Source: Octopus vulgaris
Taxonomy: Eukaryota
Length of the DNA: 64,000 nt
Direction: 5' to 3'
NCBI GenBank assembly: GCA_951406725.2
Contig: OX597831.1
Span: 23,250,001-23,314,000 of the forward strand
Position numbers and translations under genes: made by a program. The notes under the pieces were generated by a model. It made no database searches. It was given only the letters and a program-made list of their open reading frames with translations, and was not told where the DNA came from. The first letter of the stretch is position 1. Each line of letters opens with the position of its first letter. Of the stretch, positions 12,995 through 24,490 are shown piece by piece.

Positions 12995-13183
12995 GCACAT
13001 AAATGATGTGTATATATATATATATTAGTAATGCAATACTAGAGTATTGCTTTCTTTATATATATATATATATATAGGTATATATGTGTGTGTATATATT
13101 TATATATATATATATAGGTATATATGTGTGTGTGTGTATATATATATATATATAAACACATACACACACTCACGTGTGTGTGC

Positions 13184-13214
<31 letters not shown>

Positions 13215-14532
13215 CTCAATTGCACTTTTATGTTGATGTGATTTAGTAAGTAGAGTAAAAGGTTAGTTGTTATGAGGTTTTAGGTCTGTTAACTTCTGCA
13301 GCATCTCTGTGAGTATCTGAGTAAGTACCAAGCACACAACGCCTTGTTGCTTATGTTAAAAGCTGTTCCACTCGGTAGACAGTGATTTAGGAGGCAGGAG
13401 AAAGACTGACACAATGGAAATGACATATGAAAATATCCTTACACGCATGCATACATGCATACAAATACACAAGCATACATGCACAGATGCTTGGCTTCAC
13501 ATCCAATCGTGTGTCTTCAGATAATAAACCTTACTTAGAAAAAGGGATCCTAACATATGCATGTACACAAACAGTCACATAAACAAACACCTTCAAGCAT
13601 GCACACGCACACATACATACACAATTGCACATTCATGGCTATATACATGCACACACACACATACACACACACACACACATAAATGGAGCTATCCAAACAC
13701 ACAGGCATAAAGATCAAAAGAAAACACCCACAAGAGGGAGCCAACAAGGAAACGTTGTAGGAATGTAAAAGAAAGTTTTTACTGTTTGGCTCTGTCCAGA
13801 TCAAAAGGCATTCCAGCCATGATCATTCCATCCAGTTTTCCAGTTACAGAGTACTTGGGTTTACCTCATGAGAAGATCGCTCAAGGCTAATAATGCAGCG
13901 TTTGATGTTCTAACTAGGGATCTACATTAAGTTGGATATAAAGATTACCATTATCAACTGTGTTTTTAAATATAGTGATGTTTGATTTGAGGGAGGTTTA
14001 ACTGCTATGTTTTAAAAGTTCTCTGTGGAAACTCCATAAAAATTAGGCAATGCTAATTCATTTATGTTATATGTGTGTAGGAATGACTTCATGATTAAGA
14101 AGCTTGCTTCCCAACCAAGAGGTTTTAGGTTCAATCCTGCAGCATAATATCTTAGGCAAGTGGCTTTTACTGTAGCCCTGTGTCAACTAAAGCCTTGAGA
14201 GTAGATTTGGTAGATGGAAGCTGAAAAGAACCCATTATGTGTGTGTGTAAGTTGTGAAAATGGTTGCAAAGTTTGGCACACAGCCAATAATTTCAGGGGA
14301 GGGGTTAAGACAATTACATCAACCCCCAGTGTTCAACTGGTGATTATCTTATTGACCCCAAAAGGGATCAGAGGCAAAACAGACCTTAACAGAATTTAAA
14401 CTCAGACTGAAGATGGATGAACTGCTGTTGGGTATTTTCCCTTGCGTGCAAATGATTTTTGCCAGTTCACCACCTCACGTATAAGTTGTAATGATGAAGT
14501 CAAACCAAACAGTAAAAAGAAAAGTATCAAAG

Positions 14533-14997
14533 TCGATGACTGGCATCCATGCTAGTGGAGCGCTAAGAGTACCATATGAGTGAGATCGTTGCCAGAGCAA
14601 CAATCTGGCCTCCGTGCTGATGGCACGTTATAAACCACCATTCAAGTGTGATCGTTACCTGCGTTGCCTTACTAGCACTTGCGCTGGTTGCATGTGAAAA
14701 AAAAAACATTAGAGTGAGGTCGTTGCCAGTGCCGCTGGACTGGCTCCTGTGCAGGTGGCACATAAAAAGCACCATTTGAGCTTGGCCATTGCCAGTACTA
14801 CCTGACTGGCCCTTGTGCCAGTGGCATGTAAAAGCACCCACTACACTCTTGGAGTGGTTGGCATTAGGAAGGGCATCCAGCTGTAGGAACTCTGCCAGAT
14901 CAGATTGAAGTCTGGTGCCGCCATCTGGTTTGCCTGCCCTCAGTCAAATCATCCAACCCATGGAAAGCAGATGTTAAACGATGATGATGATGATGAT
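14533..14997 (+). mobile_element. RTE-tailed SINE-like element, family D, with ~60-bp internal subrepeats and (GAT)n tail
   Basis: Repeated GGTGGCAC.TAAAAAGCACC units, AGGAAGGGCATCCAGCTGTAG and CCAACCCATG..GTTAAACGATGATG tail. Confidence 0.85.
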
Positions 14998-15292
14998 AGT
15001 CTCATAAGGGCCAATTTCCCAGTTTCCATGCCCTATATATTCCCCACTTAGATAATATCCCAATCTATAGCAGGATGACTCACTTTTGTTAGCTGAGTGG
15101 ACTGAAGTAACATGAAATGAAGTGATTTACTCAAGAACACAATTCCTCACCCAGTCCAGGAATCGAGATCACAATTATGTGATCATGAGTCTAGCATCCT
15201 AACCACTAAGCCATTCACCTCCCCAAACCAAATACTGGTATAGGTCAGAAAATTACTATTTTTAAAATCTCACAATGTGAGATATTCAGCAG

Positions 15293-15443
15293 CAGTTTTG
15301 GACTAATGTTGCTGTAATTTTAGCCCCACGAGACATCGTCACCAGCTGGCTTGTTCGATAACATAAGGACACAGATCATGTCATATAGCCAGCTGGAGAT
15401 GATGTCTCCTGGGGCTAAAATTACTGCAGCATTAGTCCTAAAC
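15293..15443. repeat. ~150-bp hairpin (MITE-like)
   Basis: 15293-15349 is the near reverse complement of 15387-15443. Confidence 0.8.
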
Positions 15444-15483
15444 CAGGACTTCCATGTTATGTTGGCAAACAATATTTACTGGT

Positions 15484-15990
15484 ATAGGTCGTTGTCAGCT
15501 TACGACCACAATTGGTTCTGACTGACTGGTTGTAAGTCGATTTGGTCATAAGTCAGCCTATAGGTCTATATAGCTTTGTTTTATGTTTTAACATTCTTAA
15601 GGTGCATTCTCAGGTAGAAGTTAAACACAGCATTCTGTATTATACTGTTATACTGGCGTTAGTCAAAAATTTCAGAGTCTCAAGCAGTTGTCTTATAAAC
15701 AAATACGAGGTTGCCTTGATGTCTCCGCAACAGGATATTTATCCAACACTTGGGATAACTACAGTGGCAATTGATAACCAAACCTAGGGGAAACGTTTGT
15801 TAGCTGACATCACCCATAGATGGGTTAACTTCTATCAAATTATTGAAATTTAATGGGTTTAATTTCCAAGAAATTAAACCCATTAGATTTCAACTAGGCT
15901 ATTTATTATTGCTGCCGGGAGCTGACATACCACCATCATAAATTTGATTGGTCATAAGTCGGATAGGTCATAAGTTGATGATGACCTGTA
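15484..15990. mobile_element. Pogo/Tigger-type MITE
   Basis: Inverted termini TATAGGTCGTTGTCAGCTTACGACC / GGTCATAAGTTGATGATGACCTGTA with GGTC(A/G)TAAGTC subterminal repeats. Confidence 0.65.
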
Positions 15991-16169
15991 GTTTGAAATT
16001 ACTCAATACATACATTTCAGGTCTGCATAATACATAATTAGAAATGTGTCCATTACGGAAATCTTCCTCAGTTAAAACATTTCAAAATATATATGTATAC
16101 ATATATTATTTACATTATTTTCATTATTTATATTTGACAGATATTTGTCCTCTTCTTGTTTTGTTGTTA

Positions 16170-16213
16170 ACATAATGTTTCAGCTGATATAACCTCCAGC
16201 CTTCATCAGGTGT
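16170..16213 (-). ncRNA. Minimal type-I hammerhead ribozyme motif (CpG-decayed)
   Basis: ACAC-CTGATGA-A-GGCTG-gaggttatat-CAGCT-GAAA-C-ATT-ATGT. Confidence 0.65.
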
Positions 16214-16269
16214 CTTGGGGAAATTTCGAACCTGGCTTCTCATTCTTAAGGTATTTTTCAATGTTGTTG

Positions 16270-16345
<76 letters not shown>

Positions 16346-16466
16346 TATTATTATTCAGGTCTTGCCTGGAATAGAACTCGGAATCTTGGGGTTAGTAGCC
16401 TGCGCTCTTGACCACTATACCATATGCCATGGGCATATGGTATAGTGGTTAAGAAATTTCCTCAAA

Positions 16467-16510
16467 ACACCTGATGAAGGCTGCAGGGTATATCAGCCAA
16501 AATGTTGTGT
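16467..16510 (+). ncRNA. Minimal type-I hammerhead ribozyme motif (CpG-decayed)
   Basis: ACAC-CTGATGA-A-GGCTG-cagggtatat-CAGCC-AAAA-T-GTT-GTGT; stems I and II pair perfectly. Confidence 0.65.
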
Positions 16511-17417
16511 TAACAACAAACAAAATGATAAATATTGGCCAAATGTAAATAATGTAAATATTTCTTCATTTCCCAAATATAGAACTGTATATGTATATGT
16601 GAACATGCATGCATGTGTGTGTGTGTGTGTGTACTTCTCTTGATATGTGCTTGTCTATGATAATCATAAATAAATATCACTTTTATACAAGCGGTGTTCT
16701 TTGTTTCTCCTTCTTCCGTGAAAACATGCCTGGCTTCAGGGGGAAAAAATATTAGAGCAGAGTGCTTGGAGATAGGTGAGAATTGGTGGACAGGATGGAA
16801 TCTAGCTACAGAAAATCTGCTTCATATAATTCCAACCAACCCATGCAAAAATGGAAAAGCAAACATTAAAATGAAACAATCATGTATAGACAGATTGATT
16901 TAAAGAGAGAGAAATTTATGTAACCTCTTCTATTTAATTATTAAAAAAGGTTATGTACAATATATCATATAGGTTCTTTTTGTTTTTGTTATGCTGACAC
17001 TTAGAACTTGCTCCCACTTTCACTTTCATCTGCATTATATATTTATAATAAATTTTAAAATATTGTTTACCAATATATAAAATGTACTATATTGTGTTAT
17101 TTATACTACCTAATAAAATAAATTAAAAGTAAGTATTACATATTTATCTTTCGGTATTTAATCAAGTTAAGAGAGGCTGGAAAATTTTTTCTTAAACTAT
17201 CTGTTGAACATTTTCATCAGGCAGAAACAAACTGCCATAATTCAATTGTTATGATAAATTCAAATAGTGTAAATTGAGTAGAAGGCTGTTTTTTTTTTTT
17301 ATTTTTGTCATGGTATTAATTCTTCTTGCAAACTGAAGCTTCATTTTGTGTTTGAGTGTTTGTATGTGTTTGTCTGTGGGTGAGCGTCTGAGTGTGTGTG
17401 TAAATATACTCTTTTTT

Positions 17418-17605
17418 TTACTCGTTTTCATTTGTTTCTGTCATTTGACTGTGGCCATGCTGGAGCACCGCCTTTAGTTGAGCAAATCGACTCCAGGACT
17501 TATTCTTTGTAAGCCTAGTACTTATTCTATCAGTCTCTTAGGCTGAACTGCTAAGTTATGAGGATGTAAACACATCAGCATCGGTTGTCAAGCACAGACC
17601 CACAA

Positions 17606-17654
<49 letters not shown>

Positions 17655-17718
17655 CGATGGGCTTCTTTCAGTTTCCATCTGCCAAATCCACTCACAATGC
17701 TTTGGTCGGCCCAAGACT
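17418..17718 (-). mobile_element. SINE family A fragment
   Basis: Homologous to 590-952. Confidence 0.85.
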
Positions 17719-17742
17719 ATAGTAGAAGACACTTGCTTATGC

Positions 17743-17788
<46 letters not shown>

Positions 17789-17901
17789 ATATTTCGGAAC
17801 GGTCATATTGCCAGTTTAGCCAATAAAAACACACGCACTATATATTTGGTGTTATTTTGCTTCAGTGATATTTATTTTTACATTAATCTTAATCTTATTT
17901 C

Positions 17902-17945
17902 GGCCAAAGTTCTTTCGTCACACTCCTGTGACCGCATCAGTGGTC
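17902..17945 (-). ncRNA. Hammerhead-like motif with variant core
   Basis: GACCA-CTGATGC-G-GTCAC-aggagt-GTGAC-GAAA-GAACT-T-TGGCC, in an insert next to (TA)n. Confidence 0.5.
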
Positions 17946-20034
17946 CTTTGTTTTCTTCTCACTTATTTGTGTCTCTCCTTACTAACCGTCAGCCATTTAT
18001 ACACACACACCATGAGTGAATCTAGGATGACTGGGCAATATGTATGTATATGTTTGTGTGTGTATATATATACTTATACATACATACATACATACATACA
18101 TACATACATACATACACACATACACAAGATATTGCATGGTTACTTCAAAGCAATGAGGCTAAATGAGCATTAGATCTGACAAAGTAATCTGAATGTCAAA
18201 AGTGTAAAGAAGCTATTGAATATTACAAACACACATAGCTATGTATGAGACAAAATGTATGAGAAAAACGAGGAGGTTTAATTCACCTTATTTAGTTATT
18301 TTTAACACTTGAATTGGAAACGTTTTTTCCAGCTTATAAAAGTGCATTTTCTGCATGAACATCAATATAAAAAATTTTCAGCCCAAACTCATTAAAAATG
18401 AGCTGCTGAACAGTAATAAACTTCACTAATGCACTATCATCTATTGATAATAAAAATTAATGAATAATTGAAATTACTAGAACACAGACAATGTTAACAC
18501 CCACAAATGTAACTACTGTTTACAAAACATATGTGAAATACAGCTAGTATCATAGCCTAACATTAATCAGAATGGAATAGATTGCATTGAAATTGACAGT
18601 AAATGAATTTAAGATTAGATAAATCAGCATAATTATACATTTAGAAAGTTGTAAATCAGATCTGACACAAGCTACAGACACATATTTGGTTTTTGAAGAA
18701 TAATAATTTAAACTATAATATCTGATAGCACATTTTAGACAAAAGCTATGCCTAATACACGAATTCATTTTATTATTAATTTAATGTATACCTGGGGAAG
18801 TAATAATTTTTTAAACACAATAATAAAATGGATGCAGCATTGACTGTCTGGTAAGCAGTTTGCTTCTCATCCACATGCATTCAGGTTCATTTCACCGTGT
18901 GGCACCTTGTGCCAGTGACTTCTACTATAGTCCCACATTGACAATGCTTTGTGTGTCAGTTTGGTTCCCAGAACCTGAAAGAAACTAGTCCTCATCATCA
19001 TCCTTATCTTCATCATCATCATCTTCATTACCATCCTTATCCTCCTCCTCCTCCTCCTCATCATCATCATCATCATCATCATCTTCATTATCATTTAACT
19101 GTTGTCCATGCTGGCATGGGTTGGACAGTGTGACCAGTGCTGGCAAACTGGAGGTGGGGCTGCATCAGAAGTCAGTCTGAGTTAGCATGGTTTTTAATGG
19201 CCACATGCCCTTCCTAATGCCAACCACTTCACAGAGTGTGTTGGATGCTTTTATGTGACACCACAGGGGTGCTGTTATATATAATAATATGAATAATATA
19301 TAAATATATGCATATATACATACATGTATGTATATACCTACATATATATGTATATACATGCATATATCGGTACAGGACATCAAAAAAACTTTGAAAACAA
19401 TGAGAAACGAAAACATAAAAACAAAAACGTACAAAACGAACTTTTTTCTAACAATGAAAAAAGCAAACAAAGAAACGAGACATGCAACATAAATAATATT
19501 CCCTTTCATCAGCTGCCCCTGTTTCATCAACTCCACGTTTCGAAAGCAAGGACAATACATGACTTCATTGAAACAATCCTTCCTGCAAAACAAATTAAAT
19601 AAATTTGGGATTTTTTGTGGAGGGTGAAAGTGGTAACAAGAACAGGATAGTGAGAACAAGACAGTGTGTCACCATTATGCAAATCGCATTGCTCATTTCC
19701 AGTCCTCCACAAATAGTTGTCAGGTCATGGGGAAATATTACCAGCATTTTCAACATCACCACCATCATCATCATAATCATCTTTGTTTTAATGTCTATTT
19801 TTCTGTGCTCACATAGTCACATGGAATCTTGTTGAGCCTGATTTTCCATAGCAGGATATTCTTCCTGTCACCAGGTTCCAACTGTTTCTAAGTAAAGTAA
19901 TATTTTCCCCGTCACCAGACAACTATTCATGGATGATTGAAAATGAGGGACATCATTTGTATGATGGTGACACATATTTACAACTATTACACAATGTCAA
20001 AGCAAGGAGAATGTAATACACAAACACATAAACA

Positions 20035-20078
<44 letters not shown>

Positions 20079-20608
20079 ATGTCTTTGAGCAAGGCACATC
20101 CTTTCACACTGCTCCAGTCTACTCAACCGTAAATGAATACCATCTTGGTGTTGTGTTTCCCTCTCTCCCATCAGCAGTCACATCATGAATACTCTTTTGC
20201 TATTCATAACATATATTTGAGTGTTACACTTAAAAAAACAAAAGCCCACTTTAACTATGGATCAAAATTGATGACATAATCGAAGGCTGATCTCAAAAGG
20301 CTGGGTTTTATGAAGGAGAGGACGGAGGACTGAGCAACAAAATTGAGATTCTAAAATGAAGATGCCATCTAAAAAGCATTGGTGGGGTGCTGGTGCCAAG
20401 TAAGAAGCACTTGTTTTAGTGCTACGTAAAAAGTACTGGTGATGGTGTCATATAAACAGCACCCAGAACACTCTGTAAAAAGGTTGACATTAGAAACGGC
20501 GTCCGGCCATAGAAACCAATCCAAGACAGACATTGCAGCACAATGCAGTTCTTGGATACATTGGATTCACTCAAGCCATCCAGCTCATGTCAGCATCAGA
20601 CAATGATA

Positions 20609-20651
<43 letters not shown>

Positions 20652-20815
20652 CTTCAGAACATCTACATGTGTGCAAGACCAGATGCCATGATACAGTACC
20701 TAATAATAATCAGCCAAAAGCCTAAACATTTCAAAGATAGCTATTGGATTATAACTGTTTCTTTTTAAATGTTGTATAGTTTTTAAATATATAAGGGTTG
20801 AACCAAAGAAATTAC

Positions 20816-20861
20816 TCCACATTACCTGATGAGCCACATGATGGTGAAACATTGCTGTGGA
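20816..20861 (+). ncRNA. Minimal hammerhead ribozyme motif
   Basis: TCCACAttaC-CTGATGA-GCCA-catga-TGGT-GAAA-C-ATT-GcTGTGGA. Confidence 0.6.
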
Positions 20862-21161
20862 CCAAATATGCATTTTCCAGCAATTCTAACTATCACTAAA
20901 AATACATAGTAAGAATCATGTAAGTAAGAATCGTGTACTCATTCTTTAGAAAAGCTTTCCATACATACATTATTTAATAGTCAATACATGTTTTATATGC
21001 TACTAAGTTTCATATGTCTGAGGTATTTCTCAACATATGAAACTATTAGTAGCACATAAAAACATGCATTGTGTCTATTAAATAATATTTATCTATCACC
21101 AGATGGAGTGCTTTTTGTTGATTTGATATTACCATCACGGAACTTACGTTATATATACATA

Positions 21162-21540
21162 TCTCTCTCTATATAAACGGCAGTTTGTCTGTGCGTTTTC
21201 TGTGTGTCTGTTTTCTCGTACCCTCCTCTGACCACGGCTTTCAACCGATTCTGATGAAACTTGACACACACATAGCCCAATGTCATAATTCAAAACTAAC
21301 GCAGCGGAAATTTTGAAAAGTTCCCCCAGTTCTGAAAAAAATCGATAAATTCGACATGGGGTCGACAATCAGAAACACAAACCACAGACTGTCTAGGGGA
21401 CGCAACTCCACCTTTTTAACTAAAAAAAAATTTACCATCATTTTTTTCCATTTTTTTGCTATTTTTTGGCTATAACTCTCTAAAAATGCTTTATAGTTAT
21501 TTCCCTTACAAACCTGAGCAACGCCGGGCGATACTGCTAG
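21162..21540 (+). mobile_element. Non-autonomous Helitron
   Basis: A|TC(TCTCTATATAAA) 5' end, 3' hairpin CCTGAGCAACGCCGGG then CTAG|T. Confidence 0.85.
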
Positions 21541-21643
21541 TATTCATATATAGCCATAGGTAATAGTTTCATATTTGGGTATACACCTTGTCCCCTTGTA
21601 GTATGTTGTTTAATATCTGTTCACAGTATTTGGCTATCTGATG

Positions 21644-21745
21644 TCACCTGATGAGGTACACCTGTACGTTTGCTGCACAACTGTTTATAGAGAGTATCTC
21701 ATCCATGAGCCACCAGTGCACGATGAGTGGAAACAGTCATAGTGA
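21644..21745 (+). ncRNA. Hammerhead-like motif with long, degenerate stem II
   Basis: TCAC-CTGATGAG-(~75 nt)-GAAA-C-AGTC-ATA-GTGA; stem I TCAC/GTGA is perfect. Confidence 0.45.
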
Positions 21746-21777
21746 ATAGTAGAGAATCTTGTGAATTCCATTTGCTT

Positions 21778-21815
<38 letters not shown>

Positions 21816-21931
21816 TTTATTTAAAGCAGCAGAAGATTCAACAAAACCTGTTACTCTGAGCATATTACTCTACCACTGGTATTTGAGTACTCTTTTTTCT
21901 ACCTTGTTTCACATTTATGCGTTTACTCCAG

Positions 21932-21965
<34 letters not shown>

Positions 21966-23180
21966 TACACACACACATACATATATGCATACAAATATAT
22001 ATAAGATATATTATATAATAATGATAATGGTAATAATAATAATAATAATAATAATGATAATAATATATATGTGTGTGTAGTCACACACATACACAGATAC
22101 ACATATACCCATGTACATATAGACAAATAAAACAAAATTTAATTGATTGTGTTACTTATCCTAAAGATCTAGTGTGTAATTATAAAAATCACACTGCTAA
22201 ATATACGGTCAGTTAATTAATGTTTTCAATACGAACACTATTTATAATTTGCGATAACAACAACAACAACAATAACAAGCACCATATATTTCATTATTAT
22301 CTGAATTCTTAAACAAGTTCATTTTCTTGGATGAATTTTGTTGTTTTGTTTTTTTTTTACTTTCCACCCATTTTTTTTTTTTACCTGAAGGTTTCTTCGA
22401 ATTGTCATTTTTTTTTTAGATTCTTTTCCAATTCAATTCTTAAATTCTCTGTTCCATTCTATTTTTTTTTTATTTTTCATTGTTTTTCTTCCCCATTTCT
22501 CACCTTTTGTTTATTTTCTTTCTTTTTTTATTTTGTCTCTTTTTCTTTACGTTTCCAAATTTATTTCTGTTTCTTTGGATTTGTGTTGTTTCTCCCGCCC
22601 TCTTCTTTTCTCTTTTTTACGTTACTTTTCAGTTCTGTTTTTTTGTTCTGTTTTTTTTTTTTCTGTTTATAATTTATTGTCCTTCATTAACTTTTTTCTA
22701 TTTTCCTCTCTCTGCTCTTTCTCTTTCCTTGTTTTGCCTTTTGTTTAAAGCACAAATTTGAATCACCAATCCCAGACAAATAAAGAACACCTACTATTCA
22801 TACTGAATAATGTTACCCTGCATTTTAGCTATGACTGTTTGTGGTGTGTGTGTGTTTGTGTGTGTACATGTGTGTCTGCCTATGTTTGTGTCTGTATATA
22901 TGTATATATATGCATTTGTATGTATATATGTACAGGTATGTGTGTTTGTGAGTGTGCATGTGTGTCTGCCTATGCATGTGTCTGTATATATGTATATATA
23001 TATATGTGTGTATGTATATGTATATATGTATAGATGTGTGTGTGTGTGTGTGTATGTGTGTGTCTGCCTGGTGACTACCTTTAGTCGAACAAATAGACCC
23101 CAGGACTTATTCTATTGGTCTCTTTTGCCAAACGACTAAGTTCCTTAACACTTAAGTGCCTTATTCACCTGAATCTTTAT

Positions 23181-23215
<35 letters not shown>

Positions 23216-24319
23216 CACACACACATATATATATATACACACACATACTTTATTTGATACATACAAGCATGTATTTCTAATAAACTAATTGTTCAACAGG
23301 TGTATTATATGGTTTATTCCATCATAGGCTATGTCCAAAAACAAAGCTAATTTGCAGCAATTCCTTCACCAATGCCTGCTGCCCACATGAAAGGAAATTC
23401 ATTTTGGAATTATGGTCAACCACTTTTCACTTTAGAGTATGACAAACCTGCATACTCATGCAGCCGGCACTTATCAATTAAAAGCAACTTTGTTTCATGA
23501 AAGGTAAATCTTCATTCCTTCCTGGAAATTGTGTTTACAACACTTATTTGTTCCTGCTCCTTTTGCAAATGAACCATGACTATATACATATATACATACA
23601 AATGTGTGTGTATGTATTATCATCATCATCACTATTTAACATTTGTGATGATAATATATCTGTATAATCACACTTACATGCTCAATATATACACCCATAT
23701 ACACAATATACATACCCATATGCACAAACATATATACAAACATATTCAAATAAGTGCTGTGCTGATGGTGCCTATTGAGGCAGAAACACATTTTCTCAGG
23801 TCTCTTCTTGGCTCCAGATAACCATAATCCCTTTTCCCTAAACAGCATGTGAATTTCGTAGACTTCTTGATTAGGGAGATTATTTCCTCTTCTCATTAGC
23901 AGGTTGATTGTTTTGCTTTTTCTGGAAATGGAGATAATTTCAATGAAGAAATTCAAAATCTTATCTTGTATGGCATTTAGTATGCTCTTATTTGTCTTTC
24001 TTGTTCAAATACATTGCATAACTCAAATCATTTTTGCTATATATACGTTTATGTGCTTACTCTGGTCTACATATATATATGTATGCACACGTACACACAT
24101 GCCAGTGCACGTACACACACACACACACACACACATGCATATATGCTTTGATAAGGGGCTCTTGGCCCTTGAGTAACATTTTGTGACTTCCTGCTGATTA
24201 CAAAATAAATATATTCTCATGCATTAAGTTCTGTTTCTCCTACCTGTTCTCCAAAAGTATGTGCGTACATGTAAATATATATGTATATGTATACCTACAT
24301 ACATACATACATATATATA

Positions 24320-24364
<45 letters not shown>

Positions 24365-24447
24365 GTGTATATGTATGCATATGTACATGTATTTATACAC
24401 ATATACAAATACATATATATAAATATATATATATATATGCATGTATG

Positions 24448-24490
<43 letters not shown>

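Larger units (their letters stand above)
16105..16560. mobile_element. Head-to-head pair of tRNA-headed hammerhead elements
   Basis: Minus copy 16428->16105 is complete (tRNA head, (AAT)n, hammerhead 16170-16213, tail); plus copy 16432-16560 is internally deleted with hammerhead 16467-16510. Confidence 0.8.

Noticed and set aside
19485-19570. Minus-strand CTGATGAA and CGAAACG motifs
   Set aside because: The order and pairing do not give a consistent hammerhead; possibly a PLE-related end but not supportable.
21255-21275. CTGATGAAAC as a hammerhead core
   Set aside because: No stem II between CTGATGA and GAAA; it is part of a common Helitron internal motif.
23750-24020. Minus-strand ORF with VYEI...SG.KKR, faintly GIY-YIG-like
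   Set aside because: Similarity is too weak by eye; it needs a profile search.
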